From the NCBI GenBank assembly GCA_049322315.1, contig JBMORF010000060.1:7557-71556 (forward strand): a DNA stretch of 64,000 nt, read 5' to 3'. Both the position numbers and the translations under genes were made by a program. The notes beneath the pieces are model-generated. The model did no database searches. It was not told the origin of the DNA and worked only from the letters and a program-made list of their open reading frames with translations. Below are positions 36,474 to 45,270 of this stretch, one piece after another. Position 1 is the first letter of the stretch. Each line of letters begins with the position of its first letter. This DNA comes from Thermodesulfobacteriota bacterium. GTDB lineage: Bacteria > Desulfobacterota > Desulfobaccia > Desulfobaccales > 0-14-0-80-60-11.

Positions 36474-37298
36474 ATGCAGCGGCGCTGGCTTTGCTCCGGG
36501 ATCCTTCTCTTATGCGGTATCGCCTTATGGTGCAGTGCTTGCGCCCCCAAGAAGGTGGAAACCAACCCCGCCGTTTACTACGTCACCCCGGTAATCACCT
36601 ACCTGAAAGAATGCCCCGGCTACGATTGCAAGGTAGTGGGGGAGCTTTACCGGGCCGACCGCCTGGAGCGGTTGGAAGTCAAGGGTGACTGGTGGCGGAT
36701 GCGCTTGGCGGGGGGCACTCTCACGGGTTGGCTGCAGCGGGAGCTGCTCAGTGCCCAACCCGTGGCTGCGGTTTATTATTATGTGGCCGCGGACAGCCTG
36801 GAATTGCGGGATTGCCCCAGTCCGGATTGCCCCTTTGGGAAGATCCTCTTAAAGGGCGACCGGGTCCAAAAGATCGATAGCAATGACCAGGGTTGGCTGC
36901 GGGTGCTGGTGGAAAAAGACGCCAGCCTCGGCTGGATTCCCGGGGACCAGGTCTCGGATCAGGTCCAGAAGGCCGAAGTCAAGCCGGCTCCGGAGAAAGC
37001 TTATTATTATGCGGCCGCGGCCACCGTCAGTCTCCATTCTTTGCCCCTGTTCAGTTCCCCCATAGTCAAGTCCCTGCCCCTCAACGCCAAGCTGGAAAAA
37101 CTGGCCCAGCACGGCCAAGACTGGTTCAAGGTACGCCACCCGGCCAGCGGCGCCGAAGGCTGGATCGCCGCCAAAGACCTCAAAGACTCCCCTGTAACCC
37201 AGAAACCCGCGCCCAAGAAAAAGAGAAGGTTCAAAAAGAAAGCCGTCCCCTCGCAACCCAAACCAGGATCTCCCTCCCCGGAACCGGAGGCGATGTAG
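36474..37298 (+). CDS. Secreted/lipoprotein with repeated bacterial SH3-like domains
   Basis: Signal peptide MQRRWLCSGILLLCGIALWCSAC. Three repeats of the pattern Y(Y)V..L.(R/L)..P...GW. Confidence 0.55.
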   Translation: MQRRWLCSGILLLCGIALWCSACAPKKVETNPAVYYVTPVITYLKECPGYDCKVVGELYRADRLERLEVKGDWWRMRLAGGTLTGWLQRELLSAQPVAAVYYYVAADSLELRDCPSPDCPFGKILLKGDRVQKIDSNDQGWLRVLVEKDASLGWIPGDQVSDQVQKAEVKPAPEKAYYYAAAATVSLHSLPLFSSPIVKSLPLNAKLEKLAQHGQDWFKVRHPASGAEGWIAAKDLKDSPVTQKPAPKKKRRFKKKAVPSQPKPGSPSPEPEAM

Positions 37299-37375
37299 GG
37301 GGGAGTGAGGTAGAAGGAAATTGACTTTCCATTAGCTCTCTATTTTCCTAAAATGATTTAGGCCAAGTCACGGGG

Positions 37376-37906
37376 ATGGGAGAATCTATCAAGAAAAGGT
37401 CTAATGGCAAATCCGGTGGCACAGGCGTCTCGCCTGTGCACTCCTTTAAGATCACCCGCAGGAACCTGCCACACTGGCAACTGCCGGAAAGTGTTTACTT
37501 TATCATTTGGCGAAGTAAGGATTTTCAAGTTTTATCACCGGAAGAACGCACCATTACTTTAGAAGCCATTAAATATTGGGAAGGCCGCAAATGGACAGTC
37601 CATGCGGCGGTGGTCATGCCGGATCATGTCCATCTACTGGGTCAACCACTGGCTCTGCCTGGAGGTGGATTTGTTAATTTGGCTAAGATTATCCATAGCA
37701 TCAAAAGCTATTCCAGCCACGAAATAAATAAAAAGCGAGGTACGACAGGCTGCATCTGGCAGGATGAAAGGTTTGACCGCATCGTTCGGGATGAGGATGA
37801 ATTCTTGGAGAAATGGCGGTATATCAGAAATAATCCGGTTAAAAATGAATTGGCGGAAAATCCCGAAGATTACCCCTGGCTGTATGAGAATGTGAGTGAA
37901 GAATGA
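37376..37906 (+). CDS. REP-associated tyrosine transposase (RAYT, IS200/IS605 Y1 family)
   Basis: RRNLPHWQ N-terminal motif, HUH motif MPDHVHLL, and catalytic Tyr region WRYIRNNPVK. The 5' end overlaps REP-B, so the true start is uncertain. Confidence 0.8.
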   Translation: MGESIKKRSNGKSGGTGVSPVHSFKITRRNLPHWQLPESVYFIIWRSKDFQVLSPEERTITLEAIKYWEGRKWTVHAAVVMPDHVHLLGQPLALPGGGFVNLAKIIHSIKSYSSHEINKKRGTTGCIWQDERFDRIVRDEDEFLEKWRYIRNNPVKNELAENPEDYPWLYENVSEE

Positions 37907-37954
37907 TAAAGGAGCACAGGCGAGACGCCTGTGCCACCAGACCACCTGTGCCAC
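37423..37954 (+). mobile_element. REP-B / RAYT / REP-B unit
   Basis: The left REP is CCGGTGGCACAGGCGTCTCGCCTGTGCA (37423-37450). The right REP is an inverted GCACAGGCGAGACGCCTGTGCCACC (37914-37938) plus a partial CACCTGTGCCAC (37943-37954). Confidence 0.8.
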
Positions 37955-37995
37955 TAGATTGAAAAGGTATTATAATTAAAAGGGTTAAGTCGATT

Positions 37996-38601
37996 ATGCG
38001 CCCCTCCTGGAATGAATACTTTATGCTCATCGCCAAGCTGGTGAGCACCCGCTCCACCTGCAATTCCCGGCCCACCGGTGCGGTGCTGGTGAAAGACAAG
38101 CAGATTCTGGCCACCGGCTATAACGGCTCCATGCCCGGCGCGCCCCACTGCATCGACCAGACCATGCCCGACGGCAGCCCCTACTGCCACCGCCGGGCCT
38201 TGCAAATCGCCGACGTGGACAAGTATAATTACTGCCGGGCCTCCCATGCCGAGGCCAACGCCATTGCCCAGGCGGCCCGCTACGGCGTGGCCATCAAGGG
38301 CGCCACCCTGTACGTCACCCTGGAGCCCTGCCTGGTCTGCATCAAACTCCTGGCCACCGCCCAGATCACCCGGGTCTATTTCGAGATGCCCTACGAGTCC
38401 CGGGATCAGGCCCGGGACGAGTTCTGGCGGGAGGCGGTGAAGGATGCGGGTATCGAGGTTTACCAACAACTGAGCATCAGCTCGGAAAGCCTGGCTTATA
38501 TCCTTCCCAGCATAGAAGGGGTGACCTCCGCTCGCCGCCTGGCGGCTACCGGGCCGGGGACCCTACCCCGCCCCCTGGTGGGCGCGGTGGAGTCGGATTG
38601 A
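37996..38601 (+). CDS. dCMP deaminase family protein (ComEB-like)
   Basis: Zinc motifs HAEANAI and PCLVCIKLL. Confidence 0.85.
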   Translation: MRPSWNEYFMLIAKLVSTRSTCNSRPTGAVLVKDKQILATGYNGSMPGAPHCIDQTMPDGSPYCHRRALQIADVDKYNYCRASHAEANAIAQAARYGVAIKGATLYVTLEPCLVCIKLLATAQITRVYFEMPYESRDQARDEFWREAVKDAGIEVYQQLSISSESLAYILPSIEGVTSARRLAATGPGTLPRPLVGAVESD

Positions 38602-38633
38602 GCCTTGATGCGGTTATAAAAAGATAGATCTTA

Positions 38634-38665
38634 CGCAAAGGCGCAAAGGCGCAAAGGCGCAAAGA
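38634..38665 (+). repeat. Octamer array CGCAAAGG x4
   Basis: cgcaaagg cgcaaagg cgcaaagg cgcaaaga. A degenerate inverse (cctttgc..cgtctttg) lies at 56487-56510. Confidence 0.9.
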
Positions 38666-38755
38666 GAGATGCAAGAGAACAGGAAGTGCTCTCTTCGCCC
38701 ACATTGGTTTAAAACCAACAAGCGGATTTAGGGTGGGTACCGACCTTACTTAACC

Positions 38756-38797
38756 AAAAGCTAAAAGCTAAAAGCTAAAAGCTAAAAACTAAAAACG
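38756..38797 (+). repeat. Heptamer array AAAAGCT x4 plus AAAAACT and AAAAACG
   Basis: Read directly. Ends 12 nt before the ftsK ATG. Confidence 0.9.
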
Positions 38798-38809
38798 GAA
38801 ACCGGCCTC

Positions 38810-41047
38810 ATGGCCTCCAAAGCCAATACCAAAAAAAATAATTCCAAGAAGGCCAAAACTCCCTCCGCCCCGGACCCCGGCGTCCCCCGGCCCCGGCGGC
38901 TGGGTCAGGAGATGACCGCGGTCCTCCTTCTGGGTCTGGCGGTGTTCCTCCTGCTGTCTTTGTGGACCTGGACCCTGAAGGACCCCCAGAGCCTCACGGA
39001 GCTGTGGCAGGCCCATGGGGTGCGCAATTGGGGCGGCAAGGCCGGGGCCATTTTGGCCCGGTATCTGCTGGTCGCCTTAGGGCTGGCGGCCTTCTGGCTG
39101 CCCCTGTGCGTCATCGGCCTGGCCTGGAAATCCTATCGCTCCGGCTTGGATGATCTCTCTCTCAAGCAGGGAATAGCCCTGGGGGGCATGATGGCGGCCA
39201 GCGCCGGACTCCTGGCCCTGGGTTGGCCCCTGTTGCGCTGGGGTGATTGGAGTTTTCCCTCCGGGGGCTATGTGGGGGTCTTGCTGGCCCGGGGGCTGCC
39301 CCGGCTCCTGAACCCCTCCGGTGCGGCCCTGGCTCTGGCCCTTTTGCTGTTAATCAGCATTATGTCGGCCACCCGCCTCTCCTACCTGGGACTCTTATCC
39401 CTGGTGGGCCGGATATTTACCGGTCTCTGGTCCTTGATCTGGCGTCGGCGCCGGGAACCGGAGCCGCCCCTGCTCCGGGTCCGCAGAACTGCTCCTCCTA
39501 AGCCGGTGGTCAACCGTAGTGCCGGCGAAACCCCGGAGGTGGTGATGGGGCCTGTGGCCCCTCCCGCTCCCGAGTCCGGGACTGCGGCTCCGAAGACCAG
39601 GAAAGGCGCAACTGCCGGCGGCTTCACCCTGCCGCCCCTGGACCTCCTGGACCAGGTGCCCCCCTGGGATCAGCAGGTGCACGAAGGGGTGATGGTGGCC
39701 CAGGCGGAAAAGCTGGAAGACACCCTGCGTCATTTCGGGGTGGAGGGCAAGGTCGCCTCCATCATCACCGGCCCGGTGGTGAGCCGCTTTGAGTTGGAGC
39801 CCGCGCCGGGGGTGAAGATCAGTAAGGTGACGGGTTTGGCCGACGACCTGGCCCTGGCCCTGAAGGCCATCTCCATCCGCATTGTCGCCCCGGTGCCCGG
39901 CAAAGCGGTCATCGGCATCGAGATCCCCAATCCCAAGCGCCAGGTGGTGGGGCTCCGGGAAATCCTGGCGGACGCCGCCTACCGCAAGTCCTCCTCCCGC
40001 CTGACCATCGCCCTGGGCAAAGACATCATGGGCCAGTCGGTGGTCAACGACCTGGCCAAGATGCCTCACCTGCTCATCGCCGGGGCCACGGGGAGCGGCA
40101 AGAGCGTGGGCCTCAACGCCATGATCTTGAGCATCCTTTTCAAGGCCACCCCCCAGGAGGTGCGGTTTCTCCTCATCGATCCCAAGCGCATCGAACTCTC
40201 CAACTATGAGGGTATCCCCCATCTGCTGCACCCGGTGGTGGTCAACCCCAAAGAAGCCACCGTGGCCCTGCATTGGGCGGTGGCGGAGATGGAACGGCGT
40301 TATGCCCTGCTCTCCGATATGGGAGTGCGTAACATCGACGGCTACAACCAAAAGATAGCCAAGAACGCCAAGGAAAAGCCCCCGGAAGGGGAGGATCCCC
40401 CCCGGCCTTTACCCTATATCGTCATCGTCATCGATGAATTGGCGGACCTGATGTTGCTTTCCTCCCGGGACACCGAGGAATATCTGATCCGCCTGGCCCA
40501 AAAGGCCCGGGCCTCGGGGGTGCACCTCCTGGTGGCCACCCAGCGGCCTTCGGTGGATGTCATCACCGGCCTCATCAAGGCCAATTTCCCCACCCGGATT
40601 TCTTACCAGGTCTCCGCCAAACCCGACTCCCGGGTTATTCTGGACACCGTGGGCGCGGAGCGCCTTTTAGGCATGGGCGATCTCTTGTTCCTGCCCCCCG
40701 GCACTTCCCGGTTGCGGCGGATTCACGGGGCCTTTGTCTCCGACGAAGAAGTCGCCCGGGTGGTGGAATTTTTAAAAGCCCAGCAGACCCCGGAGTTCGA
40801 GCCCGGCATCCTGGAGATGCAGGAGAGGGAAGTAGAAGAAGGGGAGGCGGGGGAGAAGGATGAGAAATGGGACGCGGCCGTGGAATTGGTGGCCGAGACC
40901 CGGAACGCCTCCATCTCCATGCTCCAGCGCCGGCTGCGCATCGGCTACAACCGGGCCGCCCGTATCATCGAGACCATGGAACAAGAGGGCCTCATCGGCC
41001 CCTCCGACGGCCTCAAGGCCCGGGAGGTTTATATCCCCCGGAGATAA
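38810..41047 (+). CDS. ftsK: DNA translocase FtsK/SpoIIIE
   Basis: N-terminal TM helices, Walker A LIAGATGSGKSVGLN, and a gamma winged helix ISMLQRRLRIGYNRAARIIETME. Confidence 0.95.
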   Translation: MASKANTKKNNSKKAKTPSAPDPGVPRPRRLGQEMTAVLLLGLAVFLLLSLWTWTLKDPQSLTELWQAHGVRNWGGKAGAILARYLLVALGLAAFWLPLCVIGLAWKSYRSGLDDLSLKQGIALGGMMAASAGLLALGWPLLRWGDWSFPSGGYVGVLLARGLPRLLNPSGAALALALLLLISIMSATRLSYLGLLSLVGRIFTGLWSLIWRRRREPEPPLLRVRRTAPPKPVVNRSAGETPEVVMGPVAPPAPESGTAAPKTRKGATAGGFTLPPLDLLDQVPPWDQQVHEGVMVAQAEKLEDTLRHFGVEGKVASIITGPVVSRFELEPAPGVKISKVTGLADDLALALKAISIRIVAPVPGKAVIGIEIPNPKRQVVGLREILADAAYRKSSSRLTIALGKDIMGQSVVNDLAKMPHLLIAGATGSGKSVGLNAMILSILFKATPQEVRFLLIDPKRIELSNYEGIPHLLHPVVVNPKEATVALHWAVAEMERRYALLSDMGVRNIDGYNQKIAKNAKEKPPEGEDPPRPLPYIVIVIDELADLMLLSSRDTEEYLIRLAQKARASGVHLLVATQRPSVDVITGLIKANFPTRISYQVSAKPDSRVILDTVGAERLLGMGDLLFLPPGTSRLRRIHGAFVSDEEVARVVEFLKAQQTPEFEPGILEMQEREVEEGEAGEKDEKWDAAVELVAETRNASISMLQRRLRIGYNRAARIIETMEQEGLIGPSDGLKAREVYIPRR

Positions 41048-41073
41048 GATATATAAGGCTCAGGTTTTTCGGG

Positions 41074-41095
41074 GGGGCGGGCCTCCGTGCCCGCC
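41074..41095. repeat. REP-C hairpin GGGGCGGGCCTCCGTGCCCGCC
   Basis: Stem GGCGGGC/GCCCGCC, 27 nt after the ftsK stop. Confidence 0.8.
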
Positions 41096-41310
41096 TCAAA
41101 CCCTGCTTCTCACTCCGTTCTCTGCTTCACATATCAGTAGCAATAAACCTTGACTAACCTCTCTCCTCTAATTCAGCACCCATTTTCGCCTCCGCCGGTA
41201 GATAATTGAGACCGCTACGTATAGTATCTTTTTGACTGCAACTCGGCATAAAATACGAGATCCTTGTTTCACTCAGGATGACAATAAATGGCGCTTTCGC
41301 AGAGGTTTCT

Positions 41311-41345
41311 AATTGTAAACGAGATTATTTTATTGGTTGACAATT
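41311..41345. promoter_or_regulatory. BirA operator-like inverted repeat AATTGTAAAC-N15-GTTGACAATT
   Basis: 9 of 10 positions are complementary. The half-site TGTAAAC resembles the conserved bioO/BirA box. Lies about 30 nt upstream of the bioB ATG. Confidence 0.55.
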
Positions 41346-41373
41346 CGTTTTGTTTCAGAGAAGCTTTCCTGGT

Positions 41374-42399
41374 ATGCCATCGCTTAATGAAGCAGATTTT
41401 GTCGAGATTTTTCGCCGGGATTGGGCGGAGTTGTGGCCCTTGCTGGCCGAGGCCCAGAGCCTCCGGGAGCGCCATTTCGGCCGGGAGGTCAGTTTCTGCG
41501 TCATCACCAACGCCAAGTCGGGACTCTGTTCCGAGGATTGTGCTTTTTGTTCCCAGGCGGCCGGCGCTAGGGGAGAAATTCCCCGCTACCCCCTGTCGCC
41601 CCAGGAAGAGTTGGTGGCGGCCGCGGCCCAGGCCGCCGCAGCCGGAGCCTCCCGCTTTTCCCTGGTGACTTCCGGCCGGGGCCTTAACTCCCCCAAAGAG
41701 CAAGAGGCCCTGCTGCGCACGGTGGCCGCCATCAAGGAGACCGTCCCTATCCGGGTCTGCGCCTCCCTGGGGATTGTGGAGCCAAGCTTTCTCAAGGAAT
41801 TAAAAGCCGCGGGCCTCTCCCGTTATCACCACAATCTGGAGGCCGCGGCTTCCTTTTTCCCTCAAATTTGCACCACTCACTCCTATGCCGAACGGGTGGC
41901 CACCATCGAGGCGGCCCGGGCCGCGGGGCTTTCCGTGTGCGCCGGGGGTATTCTGGGATTGGGTGAGTCTCTGGCTCAGCGCTGGGAACTGGCCCAGGCC
42001 TTGAAAGACTTGCCGGTGGATGCTATCCCTCTCAATTTTCTGCACCCATTGCCGGGAACCGGCCTGGCCCGGCGGCCTTTGCTGCCGCCCCTGGAGGCCC
42101 TGCAGATCATCGTCGCTTTCCGCCTCCAACTCCCGGACCGGTCCCTCATCATCTGCGGCGGCCGCCAGGCGACTTTGCGTTCCCTGGCGCCTTTGATCTT
42201 CGCTGCGGGGGCCAACTGCCTGATGACCGGGGACTACCTGACCACCAAGGGCCGCCTCCCGGAGGAGGACCGGCAGATGCTAACCGACCTGGGCCTGGAA
42301 TTGGCGCAGGAAGGAATAGTGAGCAGCGAGCAGCAAGCAGTGAGCAGTGGCCAGTGGCCAGTAGCCAGTGGCCAGTGGCCAGTAGCCAGTGGCCAGTAG
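41374..42399 (+). CDS. bioB: Biotin synthase BioB (with repeat-encoded C-terminal tail)
   Basis: Radical SAM motif CSEDCAFCSQ. The last 27 aa or so (SSEQQAVSSGQWPVASGQWPVASGQ) are translated from the heptamer array. Confidence 0.9.
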   Translation: MPSLNEADFVEIFRRDWAELWPLLAEAQSLRERHFGREVSFCVITNAKSGLCSEDCAFCSQAAGARGEIPRYPLSPQEELVAAAAQAAAAGASRFSLVTSGRGLNSPKEQEALLRTVAAIKETVPIRVCASLGIVEPSFLKELKAAGLSRYHHNLEAAASFFPQICTTHSYAERVATIEAARAAGLSVCAGGILGLGESLAQRWELAQALKDLPVDAIPLNFLHPLPGTGLARRPLLPPLEALQIIVAFRLQLPDRSLIICGGRQATLRSLAPLIFAAGANCLMTGDYLTTKGRLPEEDRQMLTDLGLELAQEGIVSSEQQAVSSGQWPVASGQWPVASGQ

Positions 42400-42477
42400 C
42401 CAGTAGCCAGTGGCCAGTGGCCAGTGGCCAGTGGCCAGTAATCAGTAATCAGTGATCAGTGATCAGTAATCAGTGAA
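42317..42477 (-). repeat. Phased heptamer array CAGTRGC / CAGTRAT, 23 units (161 bp)
   Basis: tagtgag cagcgag cagcaag cagtgag, then 13 units of cagtggc/cagtagc, then cagtaat x2, cagtgat x2, cagtaat, cagtgaa. It is the reverse complement of the 22376-22641 family. The bioB stop TAG (42397-42399) lies inside a unit. Confidence 0.95.
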
Positions 42478-42501
42478 AACCTAGTGATTTCGGCTTAATA
42501 A

Positions 42502-42537
42502 CCTTGAACCTTGAACCTTGAACCTTGAACCTTGAAC
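42502..42537 (-). repeat. Heptamer array CCTTGAA x5
   Basis: Reverse orientation of the GTTCAAG family. Confidence 0.95.
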
Positions 42538-42549
42538 TCTTTGAGTCTA

Positions 42550-43308
42550 ATGAATCCGAAACTACCGGATATTCCCGAAATCAAAGGTCTCTTCGTCACC
42601 GGCACCGATACCAATGTGGGTAAGACCCAGGTGGCGGCCGGACTCACCGCGGCCTTAAGAAAAGGGGGGCTCAAAGCCGGGTATTTCAAGCCCGTCCAGA
42701 GCGGCTGTCCGGAGGAGGGGGGACGCCTGATCCCCACGGATGCCCGGATCGCCCAAGAGCTGGCGGCCCTGCCGGAGCCCTTGGAGCTGCTCACCCCCAT
42801 CACCTTGCGGCTGCCCCTGGCTCCGGGAGTGGCCGCGGCCCGGGAAGGGATCAAAGTGGACCTGGAGCGGGTGGCGGCGGTTTATCGGGAGCTGGCCCGG
42901 CGCTATGACTTCCTGGTGGTGGAAGGCGCGGGCGGCCTTTATGTGCCCCTGGTGGACACCAAATTTTTAGTCCTGGACCTGGCCTGCTGGCTTAATCTCC
43001 CCCTGTTGGTAGTGGCTCGGGCGGGCCTGGGGACCATCAACCACACGGCCCTCACCGTGTTGGCGGCCCGCCGGGCGGGGTTGGCCGTGGCCGGGGTGAT
43101 CCTCAATCGCTGCTCCGCTTCCCCGGGATTGGCGGAGAAGACCAATCCGGAGGTGATTGAGGCCCTCACCGGCGTCCCCATCCTGGGCAAGGTGCCGGAG
43201 ATCGACAACCTCGAATCTCCCGAGGGCAAGCAGATTTTTCTAAGCGCAATGGCAGGAATCTGCTCCGGCATAAATCTTTTCAAAAATTCGCAATGTCGCG
43301 GAGACTGA
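42550..43308 (+). CDS. bioD: Dethiobiotin synthase BioD
   Basis: LFVTGTDTNVGKT P-loop. Start at ATG 42550. Confidence 0.9.
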   Translation: MNPKLPDIPEIKGLFVTGTDTNVGKTQVAAGLTAALRKGGLKAGYFKPVQSGCPEEGGRLIPTDARIAQELAALPEPLELLTPITLRLPLAPGVAAAREGIKVDLERVAAVYRELARRYDFLVVEGAGGLYVPLVDTKFLVLDLACWLNLPLLVVARAGLGTINHTALTVLAARRAGLAVAGVILNRCSASPGLAEKTNPEVIEALTGVPILGKVPEIDNLESPEGKQIFLSAMAGICSGINLFKNSQCRGD

Positions 43309-43353
43309 TCAGTGATCACTGACTACTGATCACTGACTACTGGCCACTGAATC
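43305..43353 (+). repeat. Heptamer array CTGAYYA x7 filling the bioD-bioF spacer
   Basis: ctgatca gtgatca ctgacta ctgatca ctgacta ctggcca ctgaatc. Overlaps the bioD stop and ends at the bioF ATG. Confidence 0.95.
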
Positions 43354-44529
43354 ATGTTCCCGGAACTGGCCCAAGAATTAGCGGATTTAGAGACCCAGGC
43401 CCTGCGGCGTCGCCTCCAGGTGGTGGAGGAGTTGTTGCCCGGCGGTAAGGTGAGGGTTAAGGGACAGGTGTTATTAAACTTGTCGTCCAATGATTATCTG
43501 GGCCTGGCCCAGGACCCCCGCCTCATCAATGAAGCCCAGGCCGCGGCCGCCCGTTGGGGCGTGGGGGCCGGAGCCTCCCGGTTGGTGGTGGGCCACCTGG
43601 GACTGCATGAAGAAGTGGAAACGGAACTGGCCGCGTTCAAGGGCACTGAAGCCGCGGTGATCTTCAGCACCGGTTACATGGCCAACGTGGGGGTGATTGC
43701 CGCCTTAATGGGGCCCGGGGACCTCATCTTCAGCGACAGACTCAACCACGCCAGCATCATGGACGGCATCAAACTATCCGGCGCGGCCCTGCAGCGCTTT
43801 CCCCACCGGGACTTAAACCGGCTGGAAAAAATGTTACAGCAGGCTCCCCCGGCTAAAAGACGCCTGCTCATCACCGATTCCGTCTTTTCCGTGGACGGCG
43901 ACCTGGCCCCTTTAAGGGAATTGGTGGAGTTAAAGGAACGTTACGGCCTTTGGCTGATGATTGACGAGGCCCACGCCACCGGCGTTCTGGGGCCGGGAGG
44001 CGCAGGCCTGGCCCAGGAATTGGGCCTGACGGCTAGGGTGGAGATCCACCTGGGCACCTTCTCCAAGGCCCTGGGCTCCCTGGGAGGCTACGTGGCCGGG
44101 GACCGGCGGCTCATTGACTATCTGCACAACCGGGCTCGCTCCTTCATCTATTCCACGGCCCTGCCGCCGCCGGTTCTGGGCGCCATCCAGGCGGCCTTGC
44201 AGGTAGTCCGGGCGGAGCCGGAAAGAAGGCGGAGTCTCTTGGAGCAATCCGCCAATTTCCGTCGGGGTTTACAAGCCGCAGGCTTTGACACCCTGGGCAG
44301 CGAAACCCAGATCGTCCCCGCGCTGGTGGGGAAAAATGAACCCACCCTGAAGTTTGCCGGCGCGCTTCGGGAGCGGGGCCTGATGGCCGTGGCCTTAAGG
44401 CCGCCCACGGTGCCGCCGGGAAGGGCCCGGGTCCGTTTTTCTTTGTCTGCGGCCCATGGGGCGGCAGACCTGGACGCGGCTCTCAAGACCATTGGGGAGA
44501 CGGGCCGAGCCATGGGGTTGGCCCAATGA
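43354..44529 (+). CDS. bioF: 8-amino-7-oxononanoate synthase BioF
   Basis: PLP-lysine region GTFSKALGSLGGYVAG, 391 aa. Confidence 0.9.
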   Translation: MFPELAQELADLETQALRRRLQVVEELLPGGKVRVKGQVLLNLSSNDYLGLAQDPRLINEAQAAAARWGVGAGASRLVVGHLGLHEEVETELAAFKGTEAAVIFSTGYMANVGVIAALMGPGDLIFSDRLNHASIMDGIKLSGAALQRFPHRDLNRLEKMLQQAPPAKRRLLITDSVFSVDGDLAPLRELVELKERYGLWLMIDEAHATGVLGPGGAGLAQELGLTARVEIHLGTFSKALGSLGGYVAGDRRLIDYLHNRARSFIYSTALPPPVLGAIQAALQVVRAEPERRRSLLEQSANFRRGLQAAGFDTLGSETQIVPALVGKNEPTLKFAGALRERGLMAVALRPPTVPPGRARVRFSLSAAHGAADLDAALKTIGETGRAMGLAQ

Positions 44530-45224
44530 AGACCTTAATTCTCCTCCACGGTTGGGGCGCCGACGGTTCCGTCTGGCAGAAACAGGCGTCGGTTTTCAAA
44601 GAGCAGTTTCAGGTGGAAACTCCCACCATCCCGGCCTGGGACCCGTCCTGGCTGGCGGCTTATCTGCAAAAATATTCCTTGCCGGATTGCCTCCTGGTGG
44701 GCTGGTCTTTAGGGGGCATGCTGTTGCTGGAGGCGCTGGCCCAGCAGCCCGCTCCTGTGGGTGGCCTGGTCCTGGTGGGCGTGGCCCCGGTCTTCTGCTC
44801 CCAGCCGGACCACCCCTGGGGCCAACCTCCGGCGGTGGTGCGGGCCATGCGCCGGGGGTTGAAGCATGATTCCCGGAAGGTATTGCAGGATTTTACCGGG
44901 AGTTGTTTGAGCCCGGGTGAAGAACCCTGGCACCAAGAAATTGTGGCTTTATTTACGGCCAGTAACGGCATCCATTTGGCTGACGGCCTGGATTATTTAT
45001 TGCACCGGGATTTGCGGCCATTGCTCCCCCACCTAAAGGCCCCCTGCACCATCATCCAGGGGGATCAGGACCGCATCGTCGATCCGGAGCAGGCCCGGTT
45101 TCTCCATGACCGGCTGCCTATTTCCAGCCTGCGCCTTTTGCCGGGTGCGGGCCACCTCCCTTTCTGGACCCAGGCGGAAGCGTTTGCGGCAATTTTGCAG
45201 GACCTGATTTTGGGGAGAAGATAG
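44526..45224 (+). CDS. bioH: Pimeloyl-ACP methyl ester esterase BioH
   Basis: LILLHGWG, nucleophile elbow GWSLGG, and GAGHLPF. ATGA overlap with bioF. Confidence 0.8.
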   Translation: MKTLILLHGWGADGSVWQKQASVFKEQFQVETPTIPAWDPSWLAAYLQKYSLPDCLLVGWSLGGMLLLEALAQQPAPVGGLVLVGVAPVFCSQPDHPWGQPPAVVRAMRRGLKHDSRKVLQDFTGSCLSPGEEPWHQEIVALFTASNGIHLADGLDYLLHRDLRPLLPHLKAPCTIIQGDQDRIVDPEQARFLHDRLPISSLRLLPGAGHLPFWTQAEAFAAILQDLILGRR

Positions 45225-45246
45225 GGGCGAACGGCCCTTTGCGCCC
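45224..45246. repeat. REP-A variant GGGGCGAACGGCCCTTTGCGCCC
   Basis: Begins at the last base of the bioH stop codon. Confidence 0.6.
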
Positions 45247-45270
45247 TCTTCTAAAAGACCATAGCGCACC

